Source: Candidatus Latescibacterota bacterium
Lineage (GTDB): Bacteria; Latescibacterota; UBA2968; UBA8231
DNA length: 64,000 nt
Direction of reading: 5' to 3'
Assembly (NCBI GenBank): GCA_965248355.1
Contig: OZ252098.1
Span: 5,344,001-5,408,000, forward strand
Below the pieces are notes generated by a model. The model saw only the letters and a program-made list of their open reading frames with translations. It had not been told where the DNA came from and searched no databases. Numbering within the stretch: position 1 is the stretch's first letter; each line of letters starts with the position of its first letter. The translations under genes were made by a program, and so were the position numbers. Below are positions 43,187-53,147 of this stretch, piece after piece.

Positions 43187-45007
43187 GTGACCGCCCTTTC
43201 GTTGCTCGGTCTCCTCGGCTGCGGTTTTGCCGACAGGCCCCCGTCCCCGGAGCCTGAAGCCCCGGAGGGGATCGAGCGCGAGTCGTGGGACGTGCAGCTT
43301 GAGCTGCGCGGCAATGCCTCCTCGGTCGCCGTGGAGGCCGCCTACGTGGCCGACCTGCCGGACGGCATCACACGCGCCGACGGCGGCGTGACAGTGACCT
43401 TCATCGACTCCCAGGGCGGACCTGCGACCCGGATCAGGGCCGAACACCTGCTCATCGACCACGGCCAGGACGTTGTCGGCTTCTCGGGCGATGTGGTCGC
43501 CGAGGCCGGCGGTCCCGGGGTCACGGCCCGCGCCGACTCCCTCACCTGGGACCGCCGCACCGACCGCCTGGACGCCGCCGCCGCCGACCTCATCCTGCCG
43601 GACGGCCGGCTGCGGGCCGGCCGGCTCGACGGCGGCAGCGACCTGGCGTCCTGGTCGGCCACCGATGTGGCCGGCGCTTTCTCTGGATCCCGCGACCGTG
43701 CGGAAGATCCCGCGGCCCTCGTCCACATCGAGGCCGCCAGCGCCGCCCTGCAGGTTCACGGCGGCCAGGTCGCGGCCTCCTTCGACCAGGTGCGGTCGCG
43801 CTGGCGCGACCGCCGGTTCGCGGCTCTGCGCGCCCGCTACGAAGGCCGCAGCCGCCGGATGGTTCTGGAGGGTTCGGCCTCCATGGTGGACAGTGGACGC
43901 GGACGACGCCTGCTGGCCGATGTCATCGACATCGAGCTCAGCCGGTCCCGCTTCGCGGCGGCCGGCAACGTGCGCGTCGAGGGCGAGGCCCGCCTGTGGG
44001 CGGAGACGATCGAGGAAGACGGGGATCGCTGGCGAGTCCAGGGGGACCCGGCGCGGGCCGAGGTGGACGGGCGCACGCTGCGGGCGCGCAGGCTCTACGT
44101 CAGCGAGGGCACCGACACGGTCATGGCGGCCGGGGAAGTGTCGGCCTGGGAGGGGGGGCGGCGCATCACCGCCGACTCCCTGTGCCTGGCCCGGCCCGAG
44201 GACGAGGTGGAGGCCTTCGGCGCCGTGAGGGTGGCCGCAGACGACCTCGAGGGCGACCTGCGTTCCCGGCGGCTCCGGTCCGGCGCCGCCGGCGACCGGC
44301 TCGTCATGTGGAGGGAAGCCCGCCTGACGCGCAGCCGCGAGTACGGCGGCGACCTGACCCTGCGCGCCGATTCCCTGATCCTCGACCGCTCGCAGCAGCA
44401 CCTGGACGCGATCGGGGCCTTCCTCCTCGAGTCGCCGCCCGCCGTCGAGTTGAGGGCCCGCCGCGGCGTCTACGACACCCAGGGAGGGGCGGCGGCCCTG
44501 TTCGGCGAGGTCGAGTTCCTCCACCACACCGAGGCCGGCACCAGCCGCCTGGTCTCGGACAGCAGCCGCCTCGAGCTGGCGGACGGCGGGCCGGTGGCCC
44601 TGACCTGGCCCGACGACCTGCGGGGGCGTCTGAGGGGGAGCGGGGAGACCTGGCTCAGCGCCGGTTCAGGGCGCGCTGCGCTGGTCTCCGGCAGGCTGAG
44701 CAGCCTGGCTCTGGAGGGCCGCGTCGAGGCCGTTCACCGCGGCCCCTCGGAGGAGCGCCTCAGCCGGTTCACGGCCGAGCGGATGGAGCTGAGCTTCGAC
44801 GACGCGGGGAGCCTGAGACAGGTCCTGGCCAGCGGGGCCGCCCAGGTCCGCCTGCGGCTGTCCGAAGGCGGACGTGAAGAGGAGGTCTCGCTCAACGAGA
44901 TAGAGGGAGAGGGGCTGGAGATCGACCTGCAGGAGGGAGTCGTGCAAACGGTGCGGGTCCTCGATGAAGTCGAGGGCCGCTTCGAGCCCGCCGGGCGGGG
45001 CGACTGA
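43187..45007 (+). CDS. Long LptC/LptA(OstA)-like beta-jellyroll protein, probable lipoprotein
   Basis: Start uncertain (43118 or GTG 43187). Lipobox-like LLGLLGC, LptC-like ESWDV...GGVTVTFID, repeated jellyroll motifs (ADSL, GNVRV, ITADSL), directly upstream of lptB. Confidence 0.65.
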   Translation: MTALSLLGLLGCGFADRPPSPEPEAPEGIERESWDVQLELRGNASSVAVEAAYVADLPDGITRADGGVTVTFIDSQGGPATRIRAEHLLIDHGQDVVGFSGDVVAEAGGPGVTARADSLTWDRRTDRLDAAAADLILPDGRLRAGRLDGGSDLASWSATDVAGAFSGSRDRAEDPAALVHIEAASAALQVHGGQVAASFDQVRSRWRDRRFAALRARYEGRSRRMVLEGSASMVDSGRGRRLLADVIDIELSRSRFAAAGNVRVEGEARLWAETIEEDGDRWRVQGDPARAEVDGRTLRARRLYVSEGTDTVMAAGEVSAWEGGRRITADSLCLARPEDEVEAFGAVRVAADDLEGDLRSRRLRSGAAGDRLVMWREARLTRSREYGGDLTLRADSLILDRSQQHLDAIGAFLLESPPAVELRARRGVYDTQGGAAALFGEVEFLHHTEAGTSRLVSDSSRLELADGGPVALTWPDDLRGRLRGSGETWLSAGSGRAALVSGRLSSLALEGRVEAVHRGPSEERLSRFTAERMELSFDDAGSLRQVLASGAAQVRLRLSEGGREEEVSLNEIEGEGLEIDLQEGVVQTVRVLDEVEGRFEPAGRGD

Positions 45008-45020
45008 GCAGGGCCCGCGG

Positions 45021-45740
45021 ATGCTGCGCGTCGAGGAGATCGTCAAGACCTACGGCCGGCGGCGGGTCGTGGACGGCGTCTCCGTGCACCTCGGTCCTGG
45101 CGAGGTCGTGGGCCTCCTGGGGCCGAACGGAGCCGGCAAGACGACCACCTTCCACAGCATCACCGGCTTCGTGCGCCCCGATGGCGGACGGGTGCTGCTC
45201 GACGACGAGGACCTGACCTGCCTGCCCATGTACCAACGGGCCCGACGGGGGATCGGCTACCTGCCGCAGGAGACCTCGATCTTCCGTGGTCTGTCGGTGG
45301 CGCAGAACGTCTCCGCCGTGCTCGAGGCGCGCGGCGTCGGCCGCCGGCAGAGGGAGGAACGCGTGGCCGGCCTGCTGGCCGAGCTGAACCTCGAGGCCCG
45401 CGCCGGCCAGCGCGCGGACAGCCTCTCCGGAGGCGAGACCCGCCGCGTCGAGATCGCCCGGGCCCTGGCCACGGAGCCGCGCTACATGCTCCTGGACGAA
45501 CCCTTCACCGGCATCGACCCGCGCACGGTGGACGACATCCAGTCGATCGTCGGTGAGCTGCGCGCCAAGGGGCTGAGCATCCTCATCACCGACCACAACG
45601 CTCATGAAACCCTGGAGATCGCGGACCGGGCCTACGTAATGGTCGACGGAGTGATCCTGACCTCCGGCACCGCTCCCGACCTCGCCCGCGACCGGGACGT
45701 GCGCAGGCTCTACCTCGGCGACCGTTTTCGTCTCTCCTGA
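45021..45740 (+). CDS. lptB: LPS export ABC transporter ATPase
   Basis: GLLGPNGAGKTT, LPMYQRAR.GIGYLPQE, LDEPFTGIDP, ITDHN and YLG. Confidence 0.95.
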   Translation: MLRVEEIVKTYGRRRVVDGVSVHLGPGEVVGLLGPNGAGKTTTFHSITGFVRPDGGRVLLDDEDLTCLPMYQRARRGIGYLPQETSIFRGLSVAQNVSAVLEARGVGRRQREERVAGLLAELNLEARAGQRADSLSGGETRRVEIARALATEPRYMLLDEPFTGIDPRTVDDIQSIVGELRAKGLSILITDHNAHETLEIADRAYVMVDGVILTSGTAPDLARDRDVRRLYLGDRFRLS

Positions 45741-45797
45741 CCGGCACCGGCGGTGGTCGGCCGAGAAACGCTTGCAGCAAATGTTGTGCCTCGATCC

Positions 45798-45827
45798 TTG
45801 ACAGGCTCCGGGGCCCCGGGGTATATT
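45798..45827 (+). promoter_or_regulatory. Sigma-70-type promoter for rpoN
   Basis: TTGACA, 18 nt, TATATT. The spacer contains the palindrome CCGGGGCCCCGG. Confidence 0.7.
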
Positions 45828-45888
45828 CACCCCAGAAACTCTCGGCCGTACGGCCTCAAGTCATTACAAGAGTGAAGGTTACGCTACC

Positions 45889-47409
45889 GTGACGATGCTC
45901 CGTCTGTCACAGAGTCTCAGCCTGCAGCAGCGCATGGCGCCGCAGTTGATACAATCGCTGCAGCTGTTGCAGATGTCGACGCTTGAGCTGGAGCTGGAGA
46001 TCAAGCAGCAGATGGAGATCAACCCCCTCCTGGAGGAGGCGGCGGAGCTGGACGAGGAGGATCTCGAGCCCGAGCCGGAGCCGGAGGAGCTCGAGACGCC
46101 CGAGCAGGAAGCGGCCCTCGAGGAGCAGGAGTTGAAGGAGGAGGAGGTTCCCGAGGATCTCGACGAGATCGACTGGGATGCCCTGCTCGACGACCAGCTC
46201 GACCAGAACTCCTACAACGAGGAGATCACCGAGTACGACCCGGACTGGGAGCAGGACCGCGAGCCCCGGGAGAACCGCATCACCACCGTCGCTCCCCTGA
46301 TCGAGCTGCTGAAGGAGCAGTTGCTGATGAGCGACCTGCAGGGCGCGGATGTGGAGACGGCGGAGTTCATCATCGGCAGCATCGACGACCGCGGGTTCCT
46401 GACCTGCACCGCCGAGGAGATCGCCGAGGCGGTCGACGTGCCCGTGGAAGACGTGGAGCGCGTCCTGGCCGTCATCCATACCTTCGAACCGCCCGGCATC
46501 GGGGCCCGCGATCTGGTCGAATGCCTGCTGATCCAGCTCGAGTTGAAGGAGGGCCGGGAGAACTACTATGACTTGGAGCTGGCCAGGAAGGTGGTGCGCC
46601 ACCACATGGAGGATCTCACCCGGCGCCGGTTCTCACAGATCACCCGCGCCCTCGGCGTCGAGAACGAGGAGTTGAGGGGGGCCATGGAGGTGATCGAGCG
46701 ATTGCACCCGAACGCCGCCGCCGCCGTGGAGGCCGGGTTCAGCAGCCCCGGCATGCTCACCCTCGACACCAGCGTCGCCTACATCACGCCCGACCTGATC
46801 GTCGAAAAGGTGGGAGAGGACTGGGTCGTCAGCCTCACCGACGGCCACCTGCCGTCGTTGACCATCAACCGCTCCTACGCCCAGCTGGTGAGGGGCCGTC
46901 GAGGCCGCAGGGACGAAGTCAGGACCTACGTGTCGAAGAAGCTCAACGACGCGCGCTGGCTGCTCAACGCCATCAACCAGCGTCGGGCGACGATGCTCAA
47001 GGTCTCCAACTACCTGGTGCGGGCGCAGATGAACTGGTTCGAGCACGGCCCCGCCCATCTCAGGCCGATGATCCTTCAGGACGCGGCCGATGCCGTGGGC
47101 ATGCACGTGTCGACCATCAGCCGGGTCAGCAACGGCAAGTACATGCAGACGCCCCACGGCGTGTTCGAGCTCAAGTATTTCTTCGACAGCAAGGTTCAGC
47201 GCGACGATGGCGAGGAGGTATCGTCGCGCAGCGTCAAGGAGAGCATCTCCGCCCTGATCGAGGGCGAGGACAAGCAGGAGCCCCTCAGCGATCAGGCCAT
47301 CGCCGACGAGCTCGGCAAGGAGGGCATCAAGATCGCCCGCCGCACGGTGGCAAAGTACCGCGTGCAGCTCGGTATCAACTCCCAGCGCTATCGCAAGCAG
47401 GTGTTCTGA
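45889..47409 (+). CDS. rpoN: RNA polymerase sigma-54 factor
   Basis: PQLIQSLQLLQ, GIGARDL.ECLLIQL, HVSTISR, LSDQAI and RpoN box ARRTVAKYR. Confidence 0.98.
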   Translation: MTMLRLSQSLSLQQRMAPQLIQSLQLLQMSTLELELEIKQQMEINPLLEEAAELDEEDLEPEPEPEELETPEQEAALEEQELKEEEVPEDLDEIDWDALLDDQLDQNSYNEEITEYDPDWEQDREPRENRITTVAPLIELLKEQLLMSDLQGADVETAEFIIGSIDDRGFLTCTAEEIAEAVDVPVEDVERVLAVIHTFEPPGIGARDLVECLLIQLELKEGRENYYDLELARKVVRHHMEDLTRRRFSQITRALGVENEELRGAMEVIERLHPNAAAAVEAGFSSPGMLTLDTSVAYITPDLIVEKVGEDWVVSLTDGHLPSLTINRSYAQLVRGRRGRRDEVRTYVSKKLNDARWLLNAINQRRATMLKVSNYLVRAQMNWFEHGPAHLRPMILQDAADAVGMHVSTISRVSNGKYMQTPHGVFELKYFFDSKVQRDDGEEVSSRSVKESISALIEGEDKQEPLSDQAIADELGKEGIKIARRTVAKYRVQLGINSQRYRKQVF

Positions 47410-47425
47410 GGCCGGCCCCGCACCC

Positions 47426-47455
47426 TTGACAACGCCCACGGCGGCGCCGTAGCCT
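47426..47455 (+). promoter_or_regulatory. Sigma-70-type promoter for the lipoprotein/secreted protein genes
   Basis: TTGACA, 18 nt, TAGCCT. Confidence 0.55.
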
Positions 47456-47489
47456 AGCCGGTCAGCCCATGCAGACGGAGAGATCGACC

Positions 47490-48218
47490 ATGAGACTCCT
47501 GCCGGTCGCCGCCAGCCTCCTCCTTCTCGGTAGCGGGTGTGGATACAGCTACTACTCCAGTCCCCTGCGCCCCGCAGGCGGGCAGGAGGAGGCCATGACC
47601 GTGGCCGACGACGGTTCGGTGACCTACGCGCAGGGTCGGCTCGAAGTCCGGCTTCGCCCTCTCACCGACGAGGAGCTCAACCGCCAGTTCGCCTCCCACT
47701 CCCGCTCGGGGCCCGCGTCGACCAATCCCTTCACCTTCGGCGACACCGAGCTCGGGGAGGGCGGGGAGGGACAGCCCCGCTTCACGGTCTTTCATCTCAA
47801 CGTCAAGAACTACGCCTTCCCCAAGGTACAGATCGACCCGACCCAGGTGGAGCTGGCGGCGGACAACGGCCGCCGGTACTGGAGCCTCGACGTACGGCAG
47901 CTGGAAAACTACTACCGGGCCTACGTCCTCGGTTACCGGGGCAACGAATACGACCGCTTTCAGGAGCGCATCGACCTGGCCAGGCGCAACATGTTCCGCA
48001 AAGAGGTCATCTTCAGCGGTCAGGAATCGGAGGGCTACCTCGTCTTTCCGGTGCTCCACCCGGACGTCGCGCAGATCGAGGTGACGATCTTCGACACGGT
48101 GCTCCGGTTCGACTATCGCAACGAGCCGATGGAGACGGTGAACATCCGCTACCGGTTCGAGCGCGACGTGGGCCGCCTCTACCCGGACGGCACCCGGACG
48201 CTCTCCGCCAGGGACTGA
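47490..48218 (+). CDS. Uncharacterised lipoprotein (paralog of 56944-57702)
   Basis: ATG 47490 after GGAG; lipobox LLLGSGC; clear similarity to the 252-aa minus-strand protein. Confidence 0.8.
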   Translation: MRLLPVAASLLLLGSGCGYSYYSSPLRPAGGQEEAMTVADDGSVTYAQGRLEVRLRPLTDEELNRQFASHSRSGPASTNPFTFGDTELGEGGEGQPRFTVFHLNVKNYAFPKVQIDPTQVELAADNGRRYWSLDVRQLENYYRAYVLGYRGNEYDRFQERIDLARRNMFRKEVIFSGQESEGYLVFPVLHPDVAQIEVTIFDTVLRFDYRNEPMETVNIRYRFERDVGRLYPDGTRTLSARD

Positions 48219-48308
48219 CCCTTGGCCGCCACCGGAGGGGGTCAGCCGCCCCCGACCGGGAGCCCCCATGGTTACGCGGCCCCGAAACGAAATCTTGGGA
48301 GAAACGCG

Positions 48309-50960
48309 ATGATCAGGATATCGACCCTGGCGCTGCTGGGCGCCCTGTTCCTGGCCAGCGACGGCTGGGCCGAGATCAAGAGCTGGCGCGTCGGTGACGA
48401 CACCCATCCATGGGTCCTGCGGCCGGTGACCGGCCGCCTCGACCTGGGACGCAGCTGGGCCGTGGAGTTGCTCGCCGACGACGACGGCGACGGCCTGATC
48501 GACGAGGATCCCGTCGAGCTCATGGACAACGATGACGACGGGTCGATCAACGAAGATCCCGAGGATCCGCAGGTCGACAACGACGGCGATGGGCGCCTCA
48601 ACGAAGACGAGGACAACAACGTCGACGACGATGGCGACGGGCTCATCGACGAGGATCCGTCCGAGTTGATCGACAACGATATCGACGGGCTGATCAACGA
48701 GGACGGCCCCGACCCGCAGGTCGACAACGACGGCGACGGCCTGCTCAACGAGGACGGCCTGTACTCCCGGTACGACGACGACTGGGACGGCCGGCTCAAC
48801 GAGGATCCCGTCAACGGTGTGGACGACGATGGCGACGGGCTGGTGGACGAGGATCCCACCATGCCCGAGCACGGGGGCGGCGTGACCACCTGGATCCGGC
48901 CGATCCGCCTCGACAGCCTGCGCAACCTCGCCTACATGCTCAACCAGCGCTACAAGGCCGGCGAGTTCGGCGGCGTCATCCCCGGAAAGGATACCCAGCG
49001 GCCCTACATGGTGGTGCCGAGCGACCACGGCTACCGCCGCGAGGTCTCCGACCCCGTCTCCGGCGACTACTGGGCGGCGGCGGGGGTGATCCGCCGGGAG
49101 GATGCCGAGAGGTCGGTGGACGGCAACCTCTTCACGGAGTTCAACAGCACCAAGTACCATCGCGGGGGCATCGCGATGAACCTGATGGGCTACTACTACC
49201 TCAACCGCATCACCTTCCGCCCCCACCCGACCCTGCCGGGAGGCACTATCGCCAACTACTACATCCGCTACGGCGATCAGAACTCGATCAACGTCCGTTC
49301 CGAGTCCATCCAGGCCAACAGGACGTTGGTCTCCACCACCCGCGATCAACTCACCCCGGTGATCAAGAACCTCCGCTTCCCCACCTATGTCGCCGGCCGC
49401 GTCGACATCTTTTCCATCGATCCCGAGGGCGAGCTCAGCCAGATCGCCGAGCTCGGCCACTTTGGCGACGGTTTCGCCATCGACGGCCAGTACACCTCCG
49501 CCGTCATCGACGTGGGCGTCCCCACGCCGCGCGCCCGCCGCTACGACCGCGAGATCGAGCAGTTCTCTGCCGGGGAGCAGGACGCGTACGAGAGCCAGTT
49601 CGATCTGGACGCGCCCGGCGACCAGGTCAACTGGGGCAAGGTGCGCTGGAGGGGCCGCCGCGACGGCCTCGGAGGCGACGTGCGCATCCAGTTCCGGGTC
49701 GGCAACTCCCTGGACACCCACATCTATGCCCGCCGCCTGGGCCCCGGCTTCGAGGATGACCGGGACGCCAACGGCGATCCCCTGGACCTGTTCTCCTGGA
49801 TCAAGCTCACCGACGGCCGCATCCCCGAACGCGAGTTGCGGTACAACGAGCTGGGCGCCGACGTGGGCGAGGACGGGGTCCGGGGTTGGAGCTTCTGGTC
49901 GGCGCCCTTCAAGCTGGAGGACGGCCTCATCGACGAGAGTCTGCCCGAGTCCGAATGGAGCGACGGCGGCGTCCAGTTGCCCCTGCCCGGAGGGACCCGC
50001 TACATCCAGTTCCGCGTCTATTTCGACGGCCCCCAGCACGGCGGCGCCCTCCTGGACTTCATCGAGTTCGACTACGACGCGCCCCTCGTCTCCGGGGGAG
50101 TGGTGGCCGAGATCTTCCCGTCGGGCGTTCCCCTGGGGGAGGAAACCCTCTTCCGCTACTACCTACGGCCGCTCTTCGAGCCGGGGGATCCCCTGGTCTT
50201 CAACCGGATCGAGATCGACGTTCCCAGCGTCGACACCCGCATCGACACCCTGCGCGTCGACGGCCAGGACTGGATCGAAATCGCCGCCGGCGCCGGCGGC
50301 GACCCCCTCCTGGACATCCATCCCGTCCGCCTCGCGCCCGCTCCGGGCAGCGCCGACAGCCTGGGGCAATTCGCCCAGTCCCTCGTGACCGACCCGAGGA
50401 CCGGACTGCCCAGGCTGTCGATCAAGCTGCCCTCCATGGGCGCCGAGCACTTCCGGTTCGACCAGAACATCGAGGTCGTCTTTCGCTCCCGGCTCTTCCA
50501 GGGCTCCAAGCAGTTCCTCAGTACCTTGTGGAATGACGAGGTGGGCGCGGGCGAGGCGATCCCCCAGCCCACCGAAGACGGGGACGCCACTCCCGACGTG
50601 GGCACCAACTCCCGGCTGGTCGTCGTCGATGACATCGGCCGCGTCGTCGAGGCGCCCCGCGTCACTCCCAATCCCTTCACCCCCAACGGCGACGGAATCA
50701 ACGACGAGGTGGTCTTCTCCTTCGACCTCTTCCTCCTCATGGAGGAGGTGGAGGTGCAGTTCGAGATCTACGACCTGTCCGGGCGCCGCCTGGTCCGGTT
50801 CGAGGCCGGCGACACGGCGGCGGGAGCCCTCGAGTTCACCTGGGACGGCCGCGACCAGAACGGCCAGCAGGTCCCGCCGGGGATCTATCTCTACCGTTTC
50901 GCCGTCGACTCCGACGACACCTCCGCCCTGAACTCCGGTGTCCTGTCCGTAGCCTATTGA
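48309..50960 (+). CDS. Large secreted protein with acidic Ca-binding-type repeats and C-terminal FlgD-Ig/CHU_C-like domain
   Basis: ATG 48309 with signal peptide; 8 DxDGDG..xED repeats; PNPFTPNGDGIND...YDLSGR...WDGRD..G..VPPGIY...VLSVAY. Confidence 0.85.
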   Translation: MIRISTLALLGALFLASDGWAEIKSWRVGDDTHPWVLRPVTGRLDLGRSWAVELLADDDGDGLIDEDPVELMDNDDDGSINEDPEDPQVDNDGDGRLNEDEDNNVDDDGDGLIDEDPSELIDNDIDGLINEDGPDPQVDNDGDGLLNEDGLYSRYDDDWDGRLNEDPVNGVDDDGDGLVDEDPTMPEHGGGVTTWIRPIRLDSLRNLAYMLNQRYKAGEFGGVIPGKDTQRPYMVVPSDHGYRREVSDPVSGDYWAAAGVIRREDAERSVDGNLFTEFNSTKYHRGGIAMNLMGYYYLNRITFRPHPTLPGGTIANYYIRYGDQNSINVRSESIQANRTLVSTTRDQLTPVIKNLRFPTYVAGRVDIFSIDPEGELSQIAELGHFGDGFAIDGQYTSAVIDVGVPTPRARRYDREIEQFSAGEQDAYESQFDLDAPGDQVNWGKVRWRGRRDGLGGDVRIQFRVGNSLDTHIYARRLGPGFEDDRDANGDPLDLFSWIKLTDGRIPERELRYNELGADVGEDGVRGWSFWSAPFKLEDGLIDESLPESEWSDGGVQLPLPGGTRYIQFRVYFDGPQHGGALLDFIEFDYDAPLVSGGVVAEIFPSGVPLGEETLFRYYLRPLFEPGDPLVFNRIEIDVPSVDTRIDTLRVDGQDWIEIAAGAGGDPLLDIHPVRLAPAPGSADSLGQFAQSLVTDPRTGLPRLSIKLPSMGAEHFRFDQNIEVVFRSRLFQGSKQFLSTLWNDEVGAGEAIPQPTEDGDATPDVGTNSRLVVVDDIGRVVEAPRVTPNPFTPNGDGINDEVVFSFDLFLLMEEVEVQFEIYDLSGRRLVRFEAGDTAAGALEFTWDGRDQNGQQVPPGIYLYRFAVDSDDTSALNSGVLSVAY
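48477..48857 (+). repeat. Eight tandem D(D/N)DxDGx(I/L/V)(D/N)ED coding repeats
   Basis: DDDGDGLIDEDP, DNDDDGSINEDP, DNDGDGRLNEDE, DDDGDGLIDEDP, DNDIDGLINEDG, DNDGDGLLNEDG, DDDWDGRLNEDP and DDDGDGLVDEDP. Confidence 0.9.
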
Positions 50961-50992
50961 GGTGCTGATCCCGAGTTCATAGGGCGCCGGCA

Positions 50993-53104
50993 GTGAGGCG
51001 CCTCCCGGTCATGGGTCACAGGTCCCGCCTCCTTGCGGGCGCCCTCATGCTGTCGGCCCTCGCCCTGCGCCTGGGATACATCCACCAGCACAGCGCCAGT
51101 CCGTTCTTCGACGCGCCCGTCGTCGATGCCCGGACCTTCCTCGAGCAGGCCCGGGCCATCGCCGGCGGTGATCTCCTCGGCGGCCCCGAACCCTACTGGC
51201 AGCCCCCGCTCTACATCTACCTGCTGGCCTTTGTCTGCTGGCTCCTGCCGGGCTCGTACTTCGTCGGCATCCGGCTCCTGCACGTCCTCCTAGGGGCCCT
51301 CTCCTGTCTCCTGGTCTACGGCCTCGCCCGCCGCGCCTTCGGCGAGCCGGCCGGCCGAATCGCCGGCTGTGCCGCCGCCGTGTGCGGCACCTTCCTCTAT
51401 TTCGAGGGTGAGCTGCTGGCGGTGCCGGTGGAGGTCTTCCTCAACCTCCTGCTCCTTCACCTCCTCCTGCGGGCCCTCGACCGCAACCGAGGCCGCGACT
51501 GGGGGCTGGCCGGGGTGACGGCCGGGTTGGCGGCCCTCGCCCGGCCCAACATCCTGCTATTCGCGGCGCTCTACTGCGCCTGGCACCTGTGGCGGCGGCG
51601 CCCCGTGCGCGCTCTCCTCCCTTTCGTGGGCTGCGGCCTCCTGGTGATCCTGCCCGTCACCGTGCGCAACTGGGCCGCCGAGCCGGGGTTGGTCCTCGTC
51701 TCCGCCAACGGGGGCGTCAACTTCCATATCGGCAACAACGCCGACTACGAACGCACCGTCGCCCTGCGTCCGGGCGTGGAATGGGAGGAGATGGTCTCGG
51801 AGCCGGCCAGGGCAGGCCACGTGACGGCCGCCGCCAAGTCCTCCTACTTCCTGGGCAAGGGGCTGGCCTGGATCGCCGGCCATCCCATCGACTATCTCGG
51901 CCTGCTCGGCAGGAAGACCCTGCACTTCTGGAGCGGCCCCGAGACGAAGCGCAACCAGGATGTCTACTACGCCCGCCGGTACTCCTGGATCCTGAGCCTC
52001 CTGCTCTGGGACCGGTATCTCTCGGTGCCTTTCGGCCTGGTCGGACCCCTGAGCCTTCTCGGCCTGGGGTTGAGCCTCCGGATCCGGGGCGATCCCGCGG
52101 CCCTGCTGCGGCTCTACGCCCTCGGCTATACCGCGTCGGTCCTGTTGTTCTTCCCCGCCGCCCGTTACCGCATGCCGGTCCTTCCCGTGCTGATCGCCTT
52201 TGCCGCCCTCGCGGCCTGGCGCCTGTTCTCGAGCCTGCGCCGGGGAGCCTGGCCGGAGGTCTCGAGGCTGGGGGTGCCCCTGGCGGTCCTCCTGATCCTG
52301 TGCAACCTGACCCGCGCCGCCCCCGCCGACGAGGACGCCCAACTCCACTTCGACCTGGGCGAGGTCTATCTGCGCAAGGGGGAGTACGTCCTGTCCGAGG
52401 GCCACTCGCGCCGGGCGCTGGAGCTGGATCCGGAGTACAACTACGCCCGCCACAACCTGGCCGTGGCCTGTTTCCACCAGGGCCGCTACGGCGAAAGCGC
52501 GCGGACGGCGCGGGCCACCCTGGAGGAGAACCCCCGGAGGGTGGACACCCATGTGCTGCTCGCCAAGGTCCACCTGGCCCTGCAGGAGCCGCGGCAGGCC
52601 CTGACGAGCCTGCGCAGGGCCCTGGAGATCGATCCGGGCTCCGGCATGGCCAACTACGAGTACGGCCGCCTGCTCTATGGCCAGGGGCACTACGCCGAGG
52701 CCGCGGAGCACTTCCGGCGGGCCCTGCCCGCCCGGCCGCACGACTTCAGGCTCCACTACCAGCTCGGACGGGCCCTGCACCAGGCCGGGAAGGCCGAGGC
52801 CGCCATCGCCCGGTATCAGCAGGCCCTGGCCCTGGAGAGACGGCCCGAGGCCCTGGTCGCCATCGGCGCCCTGCATCTGGTCGAGGGACGCACGCAGAGA
52901 GCCAGGAGCCATTTCCTGCAAGCCCTGGAGCTGGACCCGGACAACGCGGAGGCCCACGTGAACCTGGCCCTCATCGATGTCGAGGAGGGACGGCTCGCCG
53001 CGGCCGTCGAGCGGTTGCGCCAGGTCCTGGCGAGGGGCTCCTCACCCCAGGCCCGGGGCCTGCTCGATGAGGCCCGGCGACGGATGCGCGCCGGCCGGGA
53101 CTGA
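50993..53104 (+). CDS. GT-C (PMT/ArnT-like) membrane glycosyltransferase with C-terminal TPRs
   Basis: VDARTF, YWQPPLYIY, LARPNILLF, NGGVNFHIGNN and ARYRMP, then multiple TPRs (ALELDP..A..NL). Confidence 0.8.
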   Translation: MRRLPVMGHRSRLLAGALMLSALALRLGYIHQHSASPFFDAPVVDARTFLEQARAIAGGDLLGGPEPYWQPPLYIYLLAFVCWLLPGSYFVGIRLLHVLLGALSCLLVYGLARRAFGEPAGRIAGCAAAVCGTFLYFEGELLAVPVEVFLNLLLLHLLLRALDRNRGRDWGLAGVTAGLAALARPNILLFAALYCAWHLWRRRPVRALLPFVGCGLLVILPVTVRNWAAEPGLVLVSANGGVNFHIGNNADYERTVALRPGVEWEEMVSEPARAGHVTAAAKSSYFLGKGLAWIAGHPIDYLGLLGRKTLHFWSGPETKRNQDVYYARRYSWILSLLLWDRYLSVPFGLVGPLSLLGLGLSLRIRGDPAALLRLYALGYTASVLLFFPAARYRMPVLPVLIAFAALAAWRLFSSLRRGAWPEVSRLGVPLAVLLILCNLTRAAPADEDAQLHFDLGEVYLRKGEYVLSEGHSRRALELDPEYNYARHNLAVACFHQGRYGESARTARATLEENPRRVDTHVLLAKVHLALQEPRQALTSLRRALEIDPGSGMANYEYGRLLYGQGHYAEAAEHFRRALPARPHDFRLHYQLGRALHQAGKAEAAIARYQQALALERRPEALVAIGALHLVEGRTQRARSHFLQALELDPDNAEAHVNLALIDVEEGRLAAAVERLRQVLARGSSPQARGLLDEARRRMRAGRD

Positions 53105-53147
53105 CCCGCTCGAGAGATCCGTCCCCGGGGAGAAGCGGTTCAGGCCC

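Noticed and set aside
48477..48857. CRISPR array or DNA-level tandem repeat
   Set aside because: The repeats are degenerate at DNA level, in frame and conserved as protein; no cas genes.
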